A model generated the notes under the pieces. It worked only from the letters and a program-made list of their open reading frames with translations, had not been told where the DNA came from and did not search any database. Both the position numbers and the translations under genes were made by a program. This document shows positions 54,578 through 64,000 of a DNA stretch of 64,000 nt, one piece after another. Location: contig OX597820.1 of assembly GCA_951406725.2 (NCBI GenBank), positions 6,944,001 through 7,008,000 on the forward strand. The letters run 5' to 3'. Numbering within the stretch: position 1 is the first letter of the stretch; each line of letters begins with the position of its first letter. The stretch comes from Octopus vulgaris (lineage: Eukaryota).

Positions 54578-56090
54578 ATTAACCATTTGCCCTACATGGA
54601 TGATATGAAGCTTTTTAGTAAGAAAGAAAAAGGGATAGATTCCTTAATACATACAATAAAACTCTTCCGTAAAGATGATAGATAAGAGTGCAATATTAGT
54701 CATGAGAAGAGGACAGGTAGTCAACAGCGAAGGCATCCAATTACCAGATGACCAGACATTCAAATCATTGAAAGGAGGAGAGAGTTATAATCATCTAGGA
54801 ACATTAGAATCTTTAAGAATTCTAACTACACAAATGAAAACGAAAATTGAGAAGGAGTACATCTGAAGGGTAAGAAAGCTTATAAAGTCAAAGCTAAATG
54901 GTCCGAATCAACTGAAGGCTGTAAGTACTTGGGCAGTATCATTACTTAGATACTCAGCATCTAAGTATTGTTAAAAACAAGATCCTCTCTAAGACAATTC
55001 GGTATTCTCATTTGGACAAAAACTGAATTTGCAAAGGTAGACAAAATAACTAGGAAGGAATTCAGTATGAATGGAGGTCTCTACCCAAGGGCAGGAGTAG
55101 CAAGATTATACCTACCTAGAAAGGAAGGTGAAAGAGAGTTAATATCAGTATAAGACTGTGTGGGGTTAGCTAGAATATACATAGACTCCTATGTAGGTAA
55201 TCGTGAAGAAAGTTTATTAAAAACTGCTAGAGTCACAGCTAGACATAGGGGGAACCAAAAGCCCAAACGAATTTAAAACCAGAGAAATGAACAGAAGTTA
55301 TTTGACTGACAGGAGGTTTGGCATGGCAGATTTCCCAAGATAGTTGCAGCAAATAATAGGAGTGAGACATGGATATGTTTGCAGAAAGGAAGGCTGAAAA
55401 GGTAGGCAGAAAGTTTTTTAATAGTAGCACAAGAAAAAGCCTTAAGGACTAATTGGATGAAGGCCAAGTTAGACAAAAATCAAGTAGATTCCCAATGTAA
55501 GCTATGCAAATCACAAGAGGAAATAGTTACTCATATAATAAGTGAATGTATCATGCTAGCCCAGAACGAATACAAGAAAACACATTACAACTCAGGGAGA
55601 GTAATCCACAGGTGATATGATAAACGGTATAAACATGGACCTAGTAAAGAACTAGAAAGTAAGAAATATAAGATGTGGTGGACTTTGATATTCAGACTGA
55701 CCGAGTAATAGGATCTAGGAGGTCTGATTTGGTAGTAGTAGATAAAGAGAATAGAAAGTGCCAGATAATTGACTTTAGTACCAAATGATGAAAAAAATCA
55801 ATATGGTACAGAGAAAATAGCAGAGTACCAGGACCTAACTATTGGTTTACAGAGACTATGGAAAGTGGGGGTAGAATGTATCGCAGCACTTATAAGTGCA
55901 TTGGGAACTATCCTTAAAAATTTGAACAGATAGATTGAGGAAATAGGCATAAAACCCAGTTTAGTACAGCAGCAGAAAACTGTGTTATTATAGACAGCTA
56001 GGATACCCAGGACAGTTCTTGGTATCTAACGTTGCGTGTGTAGCCCGATGTTAAGATTTTTCTTTTCCAACAGTCTAATCTGACAAATAA
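54578..56090 (+). mobile_element. R4/Dong-like LINE, decayed RT (YMDD), CCHC knuckle and RLE
   Basis: INHLPYMDDMKLF..KLNGPN..AVSTWAVSLLRYS..RLYLPRKEG..CKLCK..EEIVTHIISEC..WDFDIQTDRVI..RRSDLVVVDK..YQDL..ALGTI; many stops and frameshifts. Confidence 0.9.
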
Positions 56091-56194
56091 GGGGTGTTAC
56101 CTTGGTTCACTAGTGGTGAGCAGTTGGCACCGGAGTACCTCTCCAGCGCTAGAAGCTGTGCTAAGGCAATAAATAATGGTAAGAGAATTAGACC

Positions 56195-56803
56195 AAGCTA
56201 GACATTAAGAGTAACAACAACATACTGTATGAAGCAAATGAGATAAGAGAATTAATCCAGGCCAAATATACAAATACTTAGGAATCAATGAACTAGATAA
56301 GATACAAAACACATAAATGGCAGAAAAGATAAGAAAACAATACTGTAGATGAGTTAGATTAATGCTGAAAACAGAGCTCAATACGAAAAACAAGATAATA
56401 GCTATCAACACTTTAGCCGTCCCAGTTATAAGTTACAGCTACAATATCCTTAACTGGACTGTAAATGAACTAATCAAAATAGACAGGAAAACAGGAAAAA
56501 TAAGGACTGAATTTAAGATGCACCACCCAGATCTGAAACATAGAAAAGTTATATATAAAAGGCATCGAAAGCGGTAGAGACCTTATACAGCTAGAAAACT
56601 ATTACAAAATAACCACCATAGGATTACAGAAAATAACACAACTAGGTGCCGTGCATATCCTACGTGCGGACACTTTCAAATCAATGAAAATAAGAGCTCC
56701 AGAACAAACCACAGCATATACCCAAGGTACACAGAGCTGCATTCGTTTGTGCTGTGAAAGCACGTGATAAAAATAAGATTACTAAATAATAATAATAATA
56801 ATA
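56195..56803 (+). mobile_element. Second R4/Dong-like LINE fragment, internally deleted, (AAT)n tail
   Basis: YKYLGINE..LKTELNTKNKIIAINTLAVPVISYSYNILNWT..IDRKT; LGAVHILR. Confidence 0.85.
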
Positions 56804-56970
56804 TTCCTTTCAACTATAGGTACTAGGCCTAAAATTTGGGACAGGGCGCCAGTCGATTACATCGACCCCAGTGTGGAACTAGTACTTATTTGATCGACCT
56901 TGAAAGGATGAAATTTAAAATCGACCTCAGCAGAATGTGAACTCAGAACGGAGCGATGGGCAAAATATTT
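56804..56970 (-). mobile_element. SINE group A, diverged
   Basis: gtcgattacatcgacccc...gaaaggatgaaa...gaactcagaacg. Confidence 0.75.
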
Positions 56971-57149
56971 CATCGCTCGATAATGTAAAGTAAAGAAACC
57001 GTCTGATCATGGCTAACCACATAGGGGAGGGGGTGTTACTGTAGCTTTATAGCCCCAAGAGATCGTCGTCTCTAGCTGGCTTTAGACACCATATCAGTGC
57101 CCTTGAAGTATTTGCAAAGGGAGGCCATCCCTTCCCCGCAAGCCTGAGT

Positions 57150-57250
57150 GTTACGCACGGACTAGTTTCGGGATATTTGTCCCTTGTCACTTTCGTCGCA
57201 TCCTGGTGGTTACCGCGCGTTGACAAGGGACTAATATCCCGAAACTAGTC
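57150..57250. ncRNA. Inverted pair of hammerhead cores (U3-A8 variant) at the 5' end of a ~200-bp minus-strand element
   Basis: TTGACAA-ggga-ctaata-tccc-GAAAC-TA-GTC (57220-57250) and its reverse complement at 57160-57189. Confidence 0.65.
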
Positions 57251-58484
57251 ATGACAATATTGGATAAAAGAATTAATACAAACAATGGCACAAATGTGGA
57301 CGAAGCTACAGGTGACGGACTTATGTGGGTGAGCGGCACAGTCCCGGTCATCATTACACAGCTTCCAGAACAAAACGGTCTTAAGCGATGAATGAGACCT
57401 TTGACAACAGGTTGTCGTCCTTCTCTTACAAAATCAATCGGAGCCTGTAAAATCGAGAGTTCTGAGAATTAAAATGAAAATTATAATGATCCCTTTTGCT
57501 AATGGCGGAAGGCCTTAAATGCTGAAGGTAGAGATTTAGTCGATTACATTCAGCGCATAACTGACATTTATCTTATCGACCCCAAAATGGGAATTTTAGC
57601 ACAAAACGTAAATATGTAGGAGACGCTGCTAAGCAGTAGTGTGCTATCGGTTCTTCCCCCTCGCCGCCTTCATCACAATAATAATTGTTCCTAGTTTTGT
57701 CACAAGGCCAGCAATATTTGTGTGAGTTGTTTATCTCGGTTTTATCGACTCAAGTGCTAAACTGGTCCTTATCGACGACGGATGGAAGATATACAAAGTC
57801 GACGTCTTCGGAATTTGAACTCAGCGACGACAATTCTTTGTTGTGTACTCCTTACAAAATTACTCATATGATAAACAGATTTTAAGAGTGTTTGGCTAAA
57901 AAGTTTGACTGTTTGCTTGTCTGAGGATAGGGTCTGAGAAACTGGACGGAATGGAGACATGCAAGTCTCTCAGTGACTTTTCTGGATATGTGAAACAAAA
58001 TTCCTAAGATTTGAGATCAAGATGGAAAAAAATCGTCATCAACTCTGATATTTAGATCAACAGCCAGAAGACAACACTCTAAACAACAGCAGTAACAACA
58101 ACAAGAGCAACAACTATGCTATATTATCGATTAAATAATTAGTATACAAGCCCTGCAATTAGTGTTTGTATCGTAATTAGGGTCTGTAAAAAATGGAGTT
58201 GGAAATAAAATGTGTAAATATATAAACTGGTTGACATTGATTTAGTTTCTATTTGTTGTTGTTCCTGATAATAATATTTCAGTTTTTTTTTTGTTGTTCA
58301 AGTTGTAGAATTCCCTAATCTATCGTCATCAACTTTATTGACAATCACGTGTTTTCCAGTCGACTACACCGTTTAAATTTACATAATGCATACATGTATA
58401 CACACACATATATATGTGTGTGTATGTTTCTGTGTCTGTACGAGTACACACTCGTATGCATATATGTATGCCCTTTTATACTAT

Positions 58485-58894
58485 ACTATTTACTATTTAC
58501 TTGTTTCAGTCATTTGACTGCGGCCATGCTGGAGCACCGCCTTTAGTCGAGCAAATCGACCCCGGGACTTATTCTTTGTAAGCCCAGTACTTATTCTATC
58601 GGTCTCTTTTGCCGAAACGCTAAGTTACGGGGACGTAAACACACCAGCATGGTTTTTCAAGCAATGCTAGGGGGACAAACACAGACACACAAACATATAC
58701 ACACACACTTATATATATATATACATATATACGACAGGCTTCTTTCAGTTTCCGTCTACCAAATCCACTCACAAGGCATTGGTCAGCCCGGGGCTATAGC
58801 AGAAGACACTTGTCCAAGATGCCACGCAGTGGGACTGAACCCGGAACCATGTGGTTGGTAAACAAGCTACTTACCACACAGCCACTCCTGCGCC

Positions 58895-58895
<1 letters not shown>
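58485..58895 (-). mobile_element. SINE group B, full length
   Basis: Near-identical to the reverse complement of 31054-31487. Confidence 0.92.
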
Positions 58896-58925
<30 letters not shown>

Positions 58926-59179
58926 CCACCCAACAAGCCAGGTCTCACTATCACAACAACAACAGCCTACTATTGATACTACATCGGATGTACCTTGCTT
59001 GGCACCACTATCTAACCTGATTCCACCCAGCTCTGCTGTTGCAAGTCAAGTTGCACTGCAGCTACAGAAACAACAACAACAACAACAATAGTCTGTTACT
59101 GCTAGTACAGTGGGACCACTGACCAACGAACCTGCCAGTATAGAAAAACCTCTACTATGCCCACGTCAAAAACCCTGTC

Positions 59180-59460
59180 GTTACCATTCTCAAGGTAACT
59201 GTAGATTTGGCCCCAGCGGCACCAATTTGTTAAGGGCACGTGTCCATATGGTATAACGGGAAAAACAGCCCTCACCTCCACCCCAAATACTGTCCTAAAT
59301 ACAGAGTCCATGGCCCTGATTCTAAATATGCATCCACAAAGGGCAATGGATGCACCTTCTTCCGTCCTAAACTTTGCCAAACTTCTGTGTCACTAAGGAT
59401 GTGTCTGAACCCAGAATGCAACCACCACCAACTGAAGGGTACAAAACGATCGAAAAATAA
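59180..59460 (+). mobile_element. LINE ORF1-like remnant with tandem CCCH-type zinc fingers
   Basis: CPYGI.GK..HPKYCPKYRVHG..KGNGCTFFRPKLCQTSVSLRMCLNPECNHHQLKGT. Confidence 0.55.
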
Positions 59461-59637
59461 ATATAAACAGCAACAGAGGAGACCTACGACAACAACAAAA
59501 ACAAAATACAACCACATTTCACCTCCGACAACCAAACTTTCTGGTAGAAAAATTAATAGAAATCTTACAAACCACGCGGATAATGTCCCCCTTCATCAGG
59601 AAAGCTATCCTCATAAAATCACATTCTTGACAATTCT

Positions 59638-59730
<93 letters not shown>

Positions 59731-60255
59731 CACACACATAAATACATACATAAATAGAGAGAACGAAAGAGGGGAGAGAAAAAGAGAGAGACAAAGATAA
59801 AGAGTGGGAGAGATAAATTATTCTTAATTATTTTATTAGCATTGTGGTCTGTTATAAACAATTGTTCTAATGATGTGAGGGAAAATAAACATTAGTTAAA
59901 CTCCTTTTAATGAACGTCCAACTACATTGAACTCATTCACCGCTCAATATATTCTGTCATTCTGTCATTCTGCAACTTTCTAATAAGAATGTAAACTGAA
60001 ACGTATATATTATAATTGTTTCTCACATCCCACTTATCAAACACATTTCCCAGATACCTTAACAGCCATGCAACTATACACACTCATACATACATATATA
60101 CATACATACATACTTACATATACACAGGCATGTGTCTCTGTGTGTGTGCCTATGTACGTATGCATGAAGATATGACTATCCTGTTATAAACGTTGTGATT
60201 GACTGAGACAATGTCTTACTTATATCTACTTAATTCCTCAGGATGATCTATCAGT

Positions 60256-60886
60256 CTTTCCTACTCTAGGCACAAGGGCCGAATTTTTTTTTTTTTTTTT
60301 TTTTGTTGGGGGTTGTACAAATCGATTAGATCGACCCCAGTACGCAACTGGTACTTAATTTATAAACCCCGAAAGGATGAAAGGCAAAGCCGACCTCGGC
60401 GGAATTTCAACTCATAGCATAAAGACATGAAATACCTATTTCATTACTACCCACAAGGGGGTTAAACACAGAGAGAACAAACAAGGACAGACAAACAGAT
60501 TAAGTCGATTATATCGACCCCAGTGCGTAACTGGTACTTATTTAATCGACCGCGAAAGGATAAAAGGCAAAGTCGACCTCGGCGGAATTTGAACTCAGAA
60601 AGTAGCGGCAGACGAAATACCGCTAAGCATTTCACCCGGCGTACTAACGTTACTTATTTCTTTATTGCCCACAAGGGGCTAAACATAGAGGGAACAAACA
60701 AAGACAGACAAATGGATTAATTCGATTACATCGACCTCAGTGCGTAACTGGTACTTAATTTATCGAGCCCGAAAGGATTAAAGGCAAAGTCGATCTCGTC
60801 GGAATTTGAACTCAGAACGTAACGGCAGACGAAATATTGCTAAGCATTTCGCCCGGTGTGCTAACGTTACTGCCAGCTCGCCGCCT
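60256..60886 (-). mobile_element. Head-to-tail array of three SINE-A units
   Basis: atcgacc.cagt.cg.aactggtact..gaaaggat.aaaggcaaag..ggaattt.aactca at about 60330, 60512 and 60730. Confidence 0.9.
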
Positions 60887-61219
60887 TAGGCTGATCTGTC
60901 ATTACAGGTACTCCGCCCTTGATCATTCACTATATTTAAATCGACAATTCGCGTTCGGTAGATGGACCCCATTTATAACTTTTGATAAAACCATCGTAGA
61001 AGTAAATATATTGTATCGGTAACCTTTCACGGTTAGTAAACATTATTGTTTAGCCGAGCAAGTAATGAAGGTTACTCTGGCTGTTTCTTCTTATTAGACT
61101 TCATCTGTAGAAATACGGCGTTAAATTACATGAATATCAATTTCGACATTGGCTAAAATGGCATCTAATTTTTTATGTTTAGCCGAGGTCAGCGTCGATA
61201 GAAGAAAACTAAGAAACAT

Positions 61220-61632
61220 GGGATTTTTCGGTTTGAACGGCAGTTTTTCTAGCGGTCTTATATGAAATTGTCACCCATAATTATGACCCTAGTATCGATC
61301 TATTGCATTTCAATCTGTTTTAGGGTTAGGGTTAGGGGTGGGGGGAATGGTATCTTTTTTTCTTCAGAAATGTAAATAAACCCAATCTATTTCTTAAATG
61401 AGGGACATATTCATACGGCACAGAATGTTTTCACCTCAATAGACGTTAGTGATTTGTTGAAATTGCAGAAATTGAAGAAAAAAACAACAAATATCTTACA
61501 AACTATAGAATTTTCTTAATAAAACCAAGAGAAAAAGATGTTTTATAAACACATTCTACCTTATACGAAGTTTAAAAGTGTTTAGTTACGTGGAAATTAT
61601 TTTAAAAACTACTGTTCAAACCGAAAAGAACC
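61220..61632. mobile_element. MITE with ~28-bp TIRs and internal TTAGGG repeats
   Basis: gggatttttcggtttgaacggcagtttt / aaaactactgttcaaaccgaaaagaacc; ttagggttagggttagggg at 61320. Confidence 0.8.
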
Positions 61633-62844
61633 GAAAATTGGTGTGCAAGCATTGATTATTTTTTTCTTTTAAGTTAATGTTGACATCAACAACGTCTACA
61701 CAAACATCGAATAAGTAGATGTGCATCGCCGTTCAAGTTTAACTTTCTGAATATTAATGAAACGCACAGTTTAATATCATTTACAAGCATAGAAACTTCA
61801 CTTAAGCGCAAGCCCTCTTGCGCCCAATCTACAAAACACGCCAGAAACTCTTTCAGAAAGAAGGACTCATTTGGATTGTGTTTCCCAATGTAGAAAAAAT
61901 TTGAATAATAGATGGAATGGTCACGGCTGGAAATATTTCATTATAGACCTCCTTGATCAGCGTTGAACTGCACACAAACAATTAAAAACAAATGAAAATC
62001 TTGGATATTTCTAAAGCAAACAATTATAAAACTCAATTTGTTAGAAACTCTTAAATTCCTGGTATAACTTGTTAAATCTGAAACATCGTCAATCCACTGC
62101 AAGTTGAGATGTGGTAGAGTTTAGGGCTAAATACTCCAGATTGCCCGAACTCTGCACTTTTTAGATCGCTGACGGTGAACAATAATCTTGACAAAGTGTT
62201 TCAGTGTCAATGAGTGTAATTTCATTCAAGAATCCTTTACAAGATTTCTAATCTTTTCATTTAATTATTAAATTGAATTGTTCCGAAAACAAAAGCGTTT
62301 CCAGAACAATAACATGTTCAATAAATTTAGGAATTGTTACTGATTTCTCCCTGTTAGTCTCTAAAGCAAATGCTACAAGGCAGAGGAGAACTGTATCTTA
62401 TTATACAAAACCCCATGAATGAACTTTGATACATTTCCTTGGTCTCCAAGCCTTAGGAATGAATGCTCAAGTCAACAGATTCTAAACTTTTGTAAAATCT
62501 AAACACGTTTTTGTTGCTTTGTTTCGTTATTTCCCTGGCGTCGGTTCCGGTGTAAAAATGGTGTATATATTCAGACATTTGATATTTGAAAATAGATAAA
62601 TTTCAGTCGATTTATTTCGCCTTTTTGCTTCCAAATCGATGTTATTCGAAAAGTTACATCGGTGACTTGACGGAATCGTTTGTACACCGGAAGGGGGGGG
62701 GGTGCGTAATGTATCGAGGAATTTCGTCCATCTTCATTTCATGAGTTCAAGTTTTGCCGAGGTTCGCCTTGCCTTTTATTCTTCCGGGGTCGATAAAATA
62801 AGTACCAATTTACCACTGCAGTCGACACAATAAAATTTCCACTC

Positions 62845-63164
62845 GGGTCTTTTCACTTTGACCGGCAAATTTTTAAAATAATTTCTTTGTAACTAAACAC
62901 TTTTAAACTTCGTATACTGGTAGAATGGGTTACATAAAACATCTTTTTCTCTTGGCTTTCTTGAGAAAATTCTGTAGTTTGTAAGCTATTTGTTGTTTAA
63001 TTACTTGCATTTCGGCAATTTCAACCAATCAATGACGTCTATTGAGGTGAATACAATTTCTGCCGTATTTTGTCAACAATATTTTCTGGCAGTATACGAA
63101 GTTTAAAAGTGTTTAGTTACAAAGAAATTATTTTACAAATCTTTCGGTCAAAGTGAAAAGATCC
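62845..63164. mobile_element. MITE with ~75-bp TIRs, related to 61220, inserted in a SINE-A (62700-63210)
   Basis: ggtcttttcactttgaccg..taactaaacacttttaaacttcgtatactg / cagtatacgaagtttaaaagtgtttagtta..cggtcaaagtgaaaagatcc. Confidence 0.85.
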
Positions 63165-63794
63165 TTCCCCTCTCCACAATATCTAGGGCCTTTGTCTATA
63201 GCAGAAAGCATTAGTCGAAAGTTTGCCGCGTTCTCTAGAGAAAGAAATTTCCTAGTCAATGACACAAGCCAATTGCAGCTATTTTTTGGTAACCATTTTC
63301 TAGAAAAAAAATATTCAACTCAAAACTGTTCCTCCTCCTTTATCTAAGATGTATTGGTCTCCTCAGTCTTACAATTCGATACAATGGCCTCTAGCTTAGA
63401 TAAGGAGTCACGCATTTCTGCAAAAGAATCGATTGTATCTATATTAGTGTTTGACTCCTACTCCGTTGACCCTGGGAAGATCAATGACACAGTCGATATT
63501 TGAACTCAAAATGTAAAGTGCAATAACTATGCACCGTTAAGTAAAGAATCAAATGTGAGACTTACTTTCATCCATGTGCATAAATTGACTTTATGACAAT
63601 TATTTTTTCTTCAAATTAATTGCCCCTTTCTTTACCTGTCCTTAATAAGAACCGATTGGTTTCTATTTTCTTCCTCCAAATCAAAGGAAAATCTTAACCA
63701 GGTGGCAGTTAATGCATGTAGCAAATTATACATTAGTCTCTTATTCAAATTCATGATATTGGTCGATTTGAATTGTATATAGAACCCGTGTATT

Positions 63795-63845
<51 letters not shown>

Positions 63846-63878
63846 ATGGTAGTCTCTGTGTATGATGGTAGTCTCTTA

Positions 63879-64000
63879 AGACGGCGAGCTGGCAGAATCA
63901 TTAGCACGTCGGGCGAAATGCGTAGCCGTATTTCGTCTGCCGTTACGTTCTGAGTTCAAACTCCACCGAGGTCGACTTTGCCTTTCATCCTTTCAGGGTC
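63879..64000 (+). mobile_element. SINE group A (runs off the window)
   Basis: cggcgagctggcagaatc...gagttcaaactcc...gcctttcatcc. Confidence 0.9.

Overview
Eukaryotic, AT-rich, repeat-dominated DNA. The (TA)n/(CA)n/(TAGA)n density and the SINE repertoire point to an octopus (cephalopod) genome; this is inference. No long protein-coding gene is present, and almost every ORF in the track is translated microsatellite. The window holds three tRNA-derived SINE groups, decayed non-LTR retrotransposons (RTE, CR1/Crack-like, R4/Dong-like and other RLE types), Penelope-like element (PLE) fragments, two related MITEs, a microsatellite-free island with a promoter-like motif cluster (about 19.3 kb), and two or three candidate isolated exons. 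The main hidden signal is about 20 minimal type-I hammerhead ribozyme (HHR) motifs, intact or decayed, on both strands. Several have palindromic helix III loops. Some show compensatory changes at the catalytic 3-8 pair (U3-A8, G3-C8). Many sit in tail-out inverted pairs next to (TA)n tracts, and one inverted junction ends exactly at the predicted GUC cleavage site. Coordinates were read by eye and are approximate to a few nt.
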